In this document: one piece after another, positions 12,730-24,800 of the stretch
How the letters are laid out: each line of letters opens with the position of its first letter
Position numbering within the stretch: the stretch's first letter is position 1
DNA from: Macrostomum lignano
Lineage: Eukaryota
DNA: 64,000 bases
Direction: 5' to 3'
Assembly (NCBI GenBank): GCA_002269645.1
Contig: NIVC01002284.1
Coordinates: 124,001 to 188,000, forward strand
Made by a program: the position numbers and the translations under genes
Notes under the pieces: model-generated
Database searches by the model: none
Seen by the model: the letters and a program-made list of their open reading frames with translations, nothing else
What the model was told of the DNA's origin: nothing

Positions 12730-13552
12730 TGCGACATGCTTTTGGCGCCATTGTCAGAAACCCTTGACATGCACTGGCGCCATGTACTGTCAGAAACTAC
12801 TGACATGCTCTGGCACCATTGTCAGAAAGCTCTGACATGCTCTGGCACCATTGTCAGAAACTCCTGACATGCTCTGGCACCATTGTCAGAAAGCTGTGAC
12901 ATACTCTGGCACCACTGTCAGAAACCTCTGACATGCTCTGGCACCATTGTCAGAAACCTCTGACATACTCTTGCACCACTGTCAGAAACCTCTGACATGT
13001 TCTGGCACCATTGTCAGAAACCTCTGACATGCTCTGGCACCATTGTCAGAAACTCCTGACATGCTCTGGCACCATTGTCAGAAAGCTCTGACATGCTCTG
13101 GCACCATTGTCAGAAACTCCTGACATGCTCTGGCACCATTGTCAGAAAGCTCTGACATATTCTGGCACCACTGTCAGAAACCTCTGACATGCTCTGGCAC
13201 CATTGTCAGAAACCTCTGACATACTCTGGCACCACTGTCAGAAACCTCTGACATGTTCTGGCACCATTGTCAGAAACCTCTGACATGCTCTGGCACCATT
13301 GTCAGAAACTCCTGACATGCTCTGGCACCATTGTCAGAAAGCTCTGACATGCTCTGGCACCATTGTCAGAAAGCTCTGACATGCTCTGGCACCATTGTCA
13401 GAAAGCTCTGACATGTTCTGGCACCATTGTCAGAAAGCTCTGACATGCTCTGGCACCATTGTCAGAAAGCTCTGACATGCTCTGGCACCATTGTCAGAAA
13501 GCTCTGACATGCTCTGGCACCATTGTCAGAAAGCTCTGACATGCTCTGTCAC
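12730..13552. repeat. 32-bp minisatellite, about 25 copies
   Basis: Unit CTGACATGCTCTGGCACCATTGTCAGAAAGCT. Confidence 0.95.
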
Positions 13553-14233
13553 CATCGTTGGAAAACCGTTACATGCCTTAATGAAGGAGGCTTCACCCGA
13601 AGAGAAATTATACATTTATGTACCAAATAACGAATTTGTATTTCATCAAACAGCAAAAATGAAAAAAAACATTTCGCTTCAAACACGAGAGCAGACATTT
13701 ACAGTCAGAGAAACAAAATTATTCATAGAAGTCAAACAACTAAGAACACAAAAAATATTGTCGACGCATCAGCTTCACACCCGCTACTTGCTACTGAAGC
13801 CAGTAGTGTAATCGAGACAGAAAAATGGAGAAGCACTCAGTCAGGAGGATATTAGAATTCTGGCTTTGTGTACAGGCGGCATGGCAGGTTGGGTCCACGC
13901 GAACATTTCAGACCTGCCAAGCTGAATTTTATGTACAGAAATTTTTACTGAGCAACAAGCTAAGGAGGCATTGATGAGTAAAAAATAAAGATACTGTTTG
14001 CTGCTCCGTTAACTGAAAATGTCTAAAAAGTGAGTGCACACATGCCAGCATTTCAACGGTATGTACATGTTCAAATATTGGTTGTCAATAGGGCCATTCG
14101 GTTGCTAAGGGCGTTAATATTGGTCAAATATTGGTTGCTAGGGGCACCACAAGTTTTATTGGCTTGCTAAGTATATTAAAGTGTTTATCCGTTGCTAAGG
14201 ACGCTGTCGAAAGCTTTTTATTGCAAAGGCCGG

Positions 14234-17200
14234 TCACCAAGGTCTCCAGAGGCTGTCTCCGGTGGGCACGCCACCGCTGTCGTCAAGGCAACAACGGTCG
14301 CCGATCACCGTCGGCTCGTACGGCCCGGGCGAAATCGGCTCGTAGCGCGGCTGCTCCGGCGGCGGCGGCTGCTCGCGAAAGGCGCGCCGCTTCTTCGCCG
14401 GCGGCTGCAGCTGCCGCATCGGCGGGGGCGGTGCCGACCGAGGGTTCGGCGAGGCCGACAGCTCAATGAGCGCCGCGGCGGCCGTGGCGGTGGCGCTAGC
14501 TGCGGCCAGCGAAGTTGTCGACAACTTCTTCGGGGTCGGCGGGGTCGCCGAGTGCTGATTGGACAGATCGCCCAGGGCCGGCCGGCTGGCGGCGGCGGAG
14601 GGGGCGGATATGGGGGAGGGCGCGGGAGCGGACGCGAGCGCGGCCAGTTTCTCGCGCCCGATAGCCGCAGGCGAGTCCGCATTGTCCAGATAGCCCCTGC
14701 GGGTTGGGTTTGAGCTCAGTCAGCATCTGACTATTCTGCTTTTGCTACTGTAAGTACGAGCGGAGAAATGTAAGAAAATGTCTTAGGCCATAGACTAATC
14801 AGACACATGAGCACACAGCTCAGGCCATAGACTAATCAGACACATGAGCACACAGCTCAGGTCAGAGACATCACACAGACACTGATGAGCACACAGCTCA
14901 GGTCAGAGACATCACACAGACACTGATGAGCACACAGCTCAGGTCAGAGACATCACACAGACACTGATGAGCACACAGCTCAGGTCAGAGACATCACACA
15001 GACACTGATGAGCACACAGCTCAGGTCAGAGACATCACACAGACACTGATGAGCACACAGCTCAGGTCAGAGACATCACACAGACACTGATGAGCTGACA
15101 GTTTTTTTCCATAGACAAGTCGGTAAGACAGCGAATGGATGAATAAAAATTCTCACTTTTTAATTTTGTCCACAAGTTCGGCTTTGGTCAGGCGCTCGGA
15201 CTCGTGGCACAGCCGGTCAATCAGGATGAAGATGTTCTGGATGCCCTTCTTGTAGCCAGTCAGGTAGCTGCGGATCAGGCTGTCTGGATTGGGGATTCCG
15301 GTGTGAGGTGGTGAGTTAAGGATAGCAGCGAGGGGGCCGTAGCCCAGCGGTAGCGCAGCTGCTCTGGTGTGCCAGCGGCCCAGGCTCGATTCCAAGTGCG
15401 GTCACATTAATTTGGGGCTGAATTGGAATCTCGGCTTGGCTCTGCTCGTGCAATTAACGGCCTTGAGAGCCAACCCCCCCCCCCAAGGCGCAGTGAAGTG
15501 TACATGCCTAACAATTGATAAAGTTAGGGCCGCTGTACACTCCTGTGTGAGTGTGTGCCTGCGTAACGTATCCGCGCGCTTGTATGCCTGCTCAGGGGAG
15601 TCGGCGGAATGGGCAGTAATGCCTCTCGCCGGTTGTGTGCCTATGTCGCTTAAAGTGCGCCAGGGTGCACACAACCCCCCTGCCTCTAATAAAAAATAAG
15701 GATAGCAGCAGGTACCCGAGGAAGACAATTTGGGAGACTGGGAGAGGTACTGTACGCCGCAGTCAGTCAGGGACAGGTGCTGTAGTCAGGGTTGATGTAG
15801 TCAGGGGTGTTATAGTCAGGATGCTGTAGTCAAGGGTGCTGTAGGTAGTCAGGGGGTGCTGTAGTCAGGGGGTGCTGTAGCCAGGGGGTGCTGTAGTCAG
15901 GGGGTGCTGTAGTCAGGGGGTGCTGTAGTCAAGAGTGCTGTAGTCAGGGGGTGCTGTAGTCAAGGGTGCTGTAGTCAAGAGTGCTGTAGTCAGGGGGTGC
16001 TGTAGTCAAGGGTGCTGTAGTCAAGGGGTGCTGTAGTCAGGGGTGCTGTAGTCAGGGAGTGCTGTAGCCAGGGGGTGCTGTAGTCAGGGGGTGCTGTAGT
16101 CAAGAGTGCTGTAGCCAGGGGTGCTGTAGTCAGGGGGTGCTGTAGTCAGGGGGTGCTGTAGTCAAGAGTGCTGTAGCCAGGGGGTGCTGTAGTCAGGGGG
16201 TGCTGTAGTCAGGGGGTGCTGTAGTCAAGAGTGCTGTAGTCAGGGGGTGCTGTAGTCAAGGGTGCTGTAGTCAAGAGTGCTGTAGTCAGGGGGTGCTGTA
16301 GTCAAGGGTGCTGTAGTCAAGGGTGCTGTAGTCAGGGGGTGCTGTAGTCAGGGAGTGCTGTAGCCAGGGGGTGCTGTAGTCAGGGGGTGCTGTAGTCAAG
16401 AGTGCTGTAGCCAGGGGTGCTGTAGTCAGGGGGTGCTGTAGTCAGGGGGTGCTGTAGTCAAGAGTGCTGTAGCCAGGGGGTGCTGTAGTCAGGGGGTGCT
16501 GTAGTCAGGGGGTGGTGTAGCCAGGGCGTGCTGTAGTCAGGGGGTGCTGTAGCCAGGGGTGCTGTAGTCAGGGCGTGCTGTAGTCAGGGGGTGCTGTAGC
16601 CAGGGGTGCTGTAGTCAGGGCGTGCTGTAGTCAGGGGGTGCTGTAGCCAGGGGTGCTGTAGTCAGGGGGTGCTGTAGTCAGGGGATGCTGTAGTCAGCAC
16701 TGCAGCCTCACCCTCGGCAGCCGCAGGCCGCAGGCGGTCAGGCGTGGAGGCGGCGGCCTTGGAGTCCATCAGGGCAGCGGCGGGGGCAGCGGGCGGCGGG
16801 CCCTGGCAGCGCCTTTCCCGCTTGAGCTGCTCAACAAAGCGGATCATCTGCTCTAGGATCTCCGCCTTCTCGGTGCCCGGACTGAACTGCTGGCCACCGA
16901 GGCAGAACTCCGTGGAGATGTCGGCGGCAACACCGCCTCCTTTGAGCTCCTCCTCCCTGAGCAGCTGGTGCATCCGCTCAAAGCAGGCGTTAATCCGGTC
17001 CCTGCGCTTCTTCTCGGCCCGGGACTTGCTTTCGCGCTGTCAATTGTGATGGGCGAGTGTGTATTGAGATGGCAAAGCATTTCATTACATAAATTTAAGC
17101 ATAGTTACTCTCGCCGTTTACCCAATTGAGTGAGAGAGAGAGCAGCATGTACTTTTCAATTATTGATGCAATATTTAATTAGGCACCATAAATTTTCATG

Positions 17201-17579
17201 ATTCTTTGAAATTTACACTTGAAATTTGCTTTTGGAGGTTGCTAAAAAGTTCCCTGATATTGAATTTAAGCTTTCATTTCATTACTATGGTTTTAAGTCA
17301 GAGTTACTCAGTTATTAGATTCATGTTTGATTTATCCTGTTAAGATGGAGTAGGGAAATCTCCAATAACTTTTAGCTAAGCGCTAATCCAAATCCCAAAC
17401 CTGATAATTCCAATAACAGTGCGCATGGCGCTTACCCTCCTGGGATTGATGCCGCCCGGGCTGCAGTTAAGCGACGAGTCCAGGCTGGCATTGAACATGC
17501 TCCGGTTGAGATTCTCGCCGGCGCCAGCCAGAGAGCCAGACGATGATACGTGCAGCTCCGCCGAGTTCTGCTGCTCCAT
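14234..17579 (-). CDS. hes: HES/hairy/E(spl)-family bHLH-Orange-WRPW repressor, 352 aa (exons 17579-17436, 17036-16712, 15283-15157, 14696-14234)
   Basis: AEKKRRDRINACFERM...EKAEILEQMIRFV bHLH; Orange-like YLTGYKKGIQNI; terminal WRPW-stop; three GT-AG introns with consistent phases 0/1/2; total CDS 1059 nt. Confidence 0.88.
14786..15096. repeat. 41-bp minisatellite in HES intron 3 (same family as 19372-19633 and 47258-47605)
   Basis: Unit CTCAGGTCAGAGACATCACACAGACACTGATGAGCACACAG. Confidence 0.9.
15330..15696 (+). mobile_element. tRNA-derived SINE with 13-bp TSD in HES intron 2
   Basis: TSD TAAGGATAGCAGC at 15317-15329 and 15697-15709; A-box TAGCCCAGCGG (15340), B-box-like GGCTCGATTCC (15383); GGCCGTA/TGCGGTC acceptor-like stem; A-rich tail. 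Confidence 0.85.
15826..16697. repeat. 15-16-bp G-rich minisatellite in HES intron 2
   Basis: (TGCTGTAGTCAGGGGG)n. Confidence 0.95.
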
Positions 17580-17664
17580 TGGCGCGTAGTGAATTTGGCA
17601 GGAGCTTCGTTTGAATGCAGAAATGTTAGCAGGCTCTCAGGCAGACCTACTAACTAAGCAGAGA

Positions 17665-17671
17665 TTTTATA
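17665..17671 (-). promoter_or_regulatory. Putative TATA box of the HES gene
   Basis: TATAAAA on the minus strand, 86 bp upstream of the ATG. Confidence 0.45.
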
Positions 17672-18867
17672 CGCCCGCCGCCACTCCAGACAGAAAATCT
17701 CAGTTTAAAGCTAGCTGGCCTGGGCCTCTCGGGAGGGCCCGAGTGAATCATTCCCGATCCGGAGGGGCCTGGGGGAGGCCTGGGTGCTGCGTTCGATGGG
17801 GTTGTAAAACCCCCTTGTGTCCCTCGGAAGGATGTACAGTGAAGGATGGCATAAAGCCTGCCCCACCACCCCCAACCCCGCGCAGACCCCCATGATTTGG
17901 GGGCCCACGCAAGGCGGTTTATAATACTTAAAGAACTGGGCTAGGCCCCGTGAGTCACTAATAAGGGGGCCAACAGCAAAGCGAGCCCCCCTGACCCTTA
18001 TGTGCCGCCATTTTTCAACTCTGGGATCCCAGCCAGCCAGAACCACCAGAAGGCCTAAAGCAGAAAGAGTTGTGGCCGTGGGGCCGCGCCAAGCCTTTCC
18101 TGTTTCTTTATCCTTCCTCTTCACCTCTCCTATCCTTGGGGCCGACCGGGCTTTCTTATTGGCAAGGTTATCGCTTCCGATCTGCGCACAACGGCACAAG
18201 TGGAAAAACAAAGTATTCAATATTTATATGCAAGGTATTTGTATAAAGCAAATAAAGACGAAACGAGGATGTCATTTCAGGCCAATACTACTCTGACGTG
18301 ACAGTTGCGCACCAGAAATTTGTTCAGGGGGGGGGGGGCGGAAAATGCACTGCGGGCAAATCTCGGCGGGCAATTCGTCTGCGGGCATTTCTCGTGCTCC
18401 CACATTTAATGTATGGCAGCCAGCAAGGATTGTGTACAATTATTGGCATTTCAGGCCCAGCTCATAAGCTAAAAATGGATGCTGATTACGAGCGCATTGC
18501 AGCCATTGCTTACGATGGTTCCAGAGAAAAATCAGTTACTACGATTAAATATGTCTGCCATATCATACAAACAAACTAAAATCCTCTTAAATTCCTTCCC
18601 GCTTTAAGTGTTCAATCAATCTTCAGTGTATTTGATGCGTAAGCTCTTTGAAAAGAAACGACAATTTGGGCTTACATACAGTTCCGATGAACAATCCGCT
18701 ATGAGGCGCAGCTTTAGAAAGCGCAAGGACATCCAAATACATGTAAGGACTTAGAAACATGAATTATATACTCTTTGTCACTACCGCGGTCACCTTCTCA
18801 ACAGATAGCAAGTCTCTCTGAGCATGAAATCGGCCCTAACAAACAGACTGGAACTTTATTTAAAAAA

Positions 18868-21800
18868 TTAAAAATCCTTCTCGGAGAAGAAATCTGCCAA
18901 GTTGCAGACCGCCAAGTTGCAGAGTGCGGCGTCCTGCTCGGCTCTGTGCCAGCCGATGATGAGTTTGCTGCGACTGCGGGCCGCCGTGAAGCCCTCCGGC
19001 CGGCCAAGCTCTCCGCCGCTGCACTTTATCTGCAGTGGCATGTCGGACAGACACTTGATGAGCACACAGCACACGTCACAGAGACCAGGTGCGTCGCCAT
19101 TAGGGGGGGGGACAGGTGGGACGTGTCCCCCCAAGTAAAAGCTATGGGGAGGCATGCCACTGCTTTGTCCCCCACCCCCACATTGTGACTCGTTGTGGTC
19201 ATCAATATTTTTTCTTCAAGGCGCCAAAATATAGCGCCTTCGGCGCCAAGATGAGTGCCTACGGCGCTAAAATGAGTACCTGCGGCGCCAAAATGAGCGC
19301 TGACAACTCGATTCTCACAATAATGGAAATGAAGGAATTTAGTCATGTACATGTCCATGGCGACGCCCCTGACAGAGACACTGCTGAGCACACAGCTCAG
19401 GTCAAGAGGCATCACACAGACACTGCTGAGCACACAGCTCAGGTCAAGAGGCATCACACATACACTGCTGAGCACACAGCTCAGGTCAAGAGGCATCACA
19501 CAGACACTGCTGAGCACACAGCTCAGGTCAAGAGGCATCACACATACACTGCTGAGCACACAGCTCAGGTCAAGAGGCATCACACATACACTGATGAGCA
19601 CACAGCTCAGGTCAAGAGGCATCACACAGACACCACAGAACTTACCCAGAATGCTCAATCATCGATTTTATGAAATTAAACTGCGTAGAAATACGCGTAC
19701 AAACTACTAATCCGGTGAAGAAACATAAGTAGCCATAGACTATTACTCAAATGTGCGGCACAAGATATATTCAATGGTATTTCTCGCCCGCTGCGTTGGC
19801 AGGCTTAGATTGGCTACAATACTAATATATTCGCGCCTCGTCTGTTTCGCTCATTTCTGCCCTCAACAGTGGCTAGTTTGCGCGGGCTGCGCTAACTGGC
19901 GTTTGTGTACGCTGCCCACCCCTGCCCCTCCCCCGCGGCTTTCCCCCACCCCCGGTGTTGGGGGGGGGGGTTGCGTGGCGGGGGGTTTTATACCCCGCGG
20001 TTGGCTCTTTGGCCTCGCTGTCGCATTGCAATTGAAAAAAAAATTTTTATGCTGCTGAGTCATGTCACACGATTCTCTGACGGTAAGAGAACTGCGCATG
20101 GCATCCTATATACTAAAAATGAAATGTCTGTAACTAACTAGCTATGCGATAGATATCAGAAAAAATGGCTCAACCGATTTTCTTCAAACTTGCACCATTC
20201 GATCAGAAATTTTCCTGGGACGGTACATGCATCTTGGCTAAGAAATTGCTCAATGTTAAAGGGATTAAATATTCGAAAAACATGCTTTTTTGCAAAGGTC
20301 AAGCAGCTCTTTCGACCTGAAATGCATTGTAAGAATGCTAGAGAAAAAACTGACTGGCTGAATTACGATTGTGATAAAGATTGCATCACAACAAGTTGAA
20401 AACAGTGCCACAGAAACGCACACAAGACTTCATTGAAATTGCGTAACCATATTGCTAACTTGAATTTAGACTGATACTGGCTGACTGAGAAATTGATTAT
20501 GTCATAACTTTTTACTCTAACCGACTTGCTATAAGAATTTATTATAAGGGCCACAATTCAAGTTCTCCGATTGAAAAGAGATAGCCGGATGCAAACAAAC
20601 TGGAATGCTAATGTAGCGACCTTGGTTCGAATCTTAGTAGTGAAAAATGTTTTTTTATTAAAACGCCTTAAAAACACAAAATTCTAAACATTAAAGAGCC
20701 ACCATTTCAAACATTAAAGAGCCACAATGTCAAACATTAAAGAGCCACCATTTCAAACCTATAAGAGCCACCATGTCGAACATTAAAGAGCCACCATTTC
20801 AAACATTAAAGAGCCACAATGTCAAACATTAAAGAGCCACCATTTCAAACCTAAAAGAGCCACCATGTCGAACATTAAAGAGCCACCATGTCGAACATAA
20901 AAGAGCCACCATATCAAACATAAAAGAGTTACCATGTCAATCATAAAGAGCCACCATGTCGAACATTAAAGAGCCACAATGTCAAACATTTAAGAGCCAC
21001 CATTTCAAACCTAAAAGAGCCACCATGTCGAACATTAAAAAGCCACCATGTCAAACATTAAAAAGCCACCATGTCAAACATAAAACAGACACCATTAAGA
21101 ACATTAAAGAGCCACCATGTCGAACATAAAAGAGCCACCATGTAGAACATAAAAGAGTCACCATGTCAAACATTAAAGAGCCACCATGTAAAACATTAAA
21201 GAGCCACCATGTCGAACATAAAAGAGGTACCATGTCAAACATTAAAGACCCACCAGGTCAAACATGAAAGTGCCACCATGTCAAATATTAAAAAGCCACC
21301 ATGTCAAACATTAAAGAGCCACCAGGTCAAACATGAAAGTGCCACCATATAAAACATTAAAGAGCCACCAGGTCAAACATATACATGACTCCATGTCAAA
21401 CATATACGTGACTCCATGTCAAGCATTGAAGAGACACCATGTCGAACATAAAAGAGCCACCATGCAAAACATAAAAGAGCCACCATGTCTAACATTAAAG
21501 AGCCACCATGCAAAACATAAAAGAGCCACCATGTCTAACATTAAAGAGCCACCATGTCAAACATATACATGACTCCATGTCAAACGTTAAAGAGACACCA
21601 TGTCAAACATTGAAGAGCCACCATGTCAAACATTTAAGAGCCACCATGTAAAACATATACGTAACTCCATGTCAAACATTAAAGCGACACCATGTCGAAC
21701 ATAAAAGAGCCACCATGTCGAACATTAAAGAGCCACCATGTCGAACATAAAAGAGCTACCATGTCAAACATTAAAGAGCCACCATGTTAAACATAAAAGA

Positions 21801-24800
21801 GCCATCATGTCAAACATATAAGTGACTTTATGTCGAACATTAAAGAGCCACCATGTCTAACATTAAAGAGCCACCATGTCCAACATTAAAGAGCCACCAT
21901 GTCAAAAATTAAAGAGCCACCATGTCTATCATTAAAGAGCCATCATGTCAAACATTAAACAGCTACTTTGTCTAACATTAAAGAGCCACCATGTCAAACA
22001 TTAAAGAGCCACCATGTCAAACATAAAAGAGCCACCTTTTTGAACATTAAAGAGCCACCATTTCGAACATTAAAGAGCCACCATGTTAAACATTAAAAAG
22101 CCACTTTGTCAAACATAGAAGAGCCCCATGTCAAACATAGAAGAGCCCCCATGTCAAACATAGAAGAGCCCCATGTCAAACATAGAAGAGCCACTATGTC
22201 AGACATTGAAAAGCCACCGTATCAAACATAAAAGAGTTAACATGTACGAGCGTAGAACATAAAAGAGCCACCCTGTTAAACATAAAAGATACACAATTTC
22301 AAACGTAAAAATAAGCGAATTTTAAAGGAGCCGCTATAATGCTAAGGAAATTGTCGCACTAGCTACTTATTGTCTGGTGGATGCTTGCTATTTGGGGATG
22401 CTATCTATCTTGGGGATGCTTGCTATCTGGGGGATGCTTGCTATCTGGGGGATGCTTGCTATCTGGGGGATGCTTGCTATCTGGGGATGCTTGCTATCTG
22501 GGGGATGCTTGCTATCTGGGGATGCTTGCTATCTGGGGGATGCTTGCTATCTGGGGGATGCTTGCTATCTGGGGGATGCTTGCTATCTGGGGGATGCTTG
22601 CTATCTGGGGGATGCTTGCTATCTTGGGGATGCTTGCTATCTTGGGGATGCTTGCTATCTGGGGGATGCTTGCTATCTGGGGGATGCTTGCTATCTGGGG
22701 GATGCTTGCTATCTGGGGATGCTTGCTATCTGGGGATGCTTGCTATCTGGGGGATGCTTGCTATCTGGGGGATGCTTGCTATCTGGACGATGCTTGCTAT
22801 CTGGGGGATGCTTGCTATCTGGGGGATGCTTGCTATCTGGGGGATGCTTGCTATCTGGGGGATGCTTGCTATCTGGGGGATGCTTGCTATCTGGGGGATG
22901 CTTGCTATCTGGGGGATGCTTGCTATCTGAGGGATGCTTGCTATCTTGGGGATGCTTGCTATCTGGGGGATGCTTGCAATCTGGGGGATGCTTGCTATCT
23001 GGGGGATGCTTGCTATCTGGGGGATGCTTGCTATCTAGGGGATGCTTGCTATCTGGGGGATGCTTGCTATCTAGGGGATGCTTGCTATCTAGGGGATGCT
23101 TGCTATCTGGGGGATGCTTGCAGTCTTGGGATGATTTCTTTTTGCAATGCACTTCATTTGAGCAGTTTGTCTGTTGTCTTTTTGAAGGATTTTTGGCTGT
23201 CTTTTTGTTACTTGTAGAAAACAGAGATTCTATCCAGATGTCCCCCATCGTCTTCTTCTTATATACTAAATCTCTAATCTATGTCTGTCTGTCCGTGTAA
23301 AACGCTCTACAGACTGCAATTCTTGACCAATTTTGATTGCGTTTTCACCAAAAAGTTGCAACTCAACCAAGGATTGTATGGTTAACATTTCTTTTATCTG
23401 CTTCAATTCTAAAGGTCTTAAATATTCAAAAAACTGTATTTTCCCTATCTAATTAGTGTATTTTTCTCGCAGTGAGAGCTCGAAAAATAATAATACGTCT
23501 ATGGCCATAGACTAAACTTTAACTTCTTGAGCTGATGCTACGAGCTATAAATAATTAAATTATTCGCAAGCTTCAGAGTATGCACGTGGGAGATAAAAAT
23601 ATATTAAATTAATTTTCATTTATTTTTAGCTTGTGCCTGGACTAATCGAACATTTTTTGATTAAAAGCAACTACTAGCAATTTAAGCCCCCGTTGGGGGA
23701 CGCAAGAATGACGCCAAGTGGTTTTTATTTTGGCCAATGAGTAATAACCTTACTTATTATTCAAAATCCATTAATCAAAACTTACTTTTTCTCATTTTTG
23801 GCAAAAATAAATTGCCATGAATCAAAACCTTCACCAGCCAAAGGCTAACTGGGAGGAATTGCTGAGATGTCAAGGCTTACTGGGGGAATTACTGAGATGT
23901 CAAGGCTTACTGAGGAAATTACTGAGATGTGAATGCTTACTTGGGGGAATTGCTGCGATGTCAAGGCTTACTAGGGAAATTTCTGAGATTTCAAGGTTTA
24001 CTGGGGGAATTGCTGAGTTGTCAAGGCTTACTGGGAGAATTGCTGAGACTTCAAGGCTTACTGGGGGAATTTCTGAGATTTCAAGGTTTACTGGGGGAAT
24101 TGCTGAGTTGTCAAGGCCTACTGGGAGAATTGCTGAGACTTCAAGGCTTACTGGGGGAATTTCTGAGATTTCAAGGTTTACTGGGGGAATTACTGAGACT
24201 TCAAGGCTTACTGGGGGAATTTCTGAGATTTCAAGGTTTACTGGGGGAATTGCTGAGTTGTCAAGGCTTACTGGGGGAATTTCTGAGATTTCAAGGCTTA
24301 CTTGGATGAATTGCTGAGTTGTCAAGGCTTACTGGGGGAATTGCTGCAATCTCGAGGCTTACTGGACTGGGAGAATTGCGTAGATGCCAAGGCTCGAGTT
24401 TAATTGCTGCAATGTCAAGGCTTACTGGGGGGATTTCTGAGATGTCAAGGCTTAATGGGGTAATTGCTGCGATGTCGAGGCTTACTGGGGAAATTTCTGA
24501 GACTTCAAGGCTTACTGGGGGAATTTCTGAGATTTCAAGGCTTACTCAGGAAATTGCTGAGATTTCAAGGCTTTATTGGATGAATTGCTGAGTTGTCAAG
24601 GCCTACTGGGGGAATTGGTGAGTTGTCAAGGCCTACTGGGGGAATTGCTGAGACTTCAAGGCTTACTGGGGGAATTTCTGAGATTTCAAGGTTTACTGTG
24701 GGAATTGCTGAGTTGTCAAGGCTTACTGGGGGAATTGCTGAGATGTGAAGGCTTACTGGGGGAATTGCTGAGTTGTCAAGGCCTACTGGGGGAATTGTGA

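Noticed and set aside
14131-14713. Plus-strand Arg/Gly/Ala-rich ORFs
   Set aside because: Antisense shadow of GC-rich HES exon 4.
17580-18420. Su(H)/CSL paired site upstream of the HES gene
   Set aside because: Only imperfect matches; no canonical GTGGGAA pair seen.
18309-18590. CAGTTGCGCACCAG...G-run resembling a MITE end
   Set aside because: No matching second TIR or TSD found.
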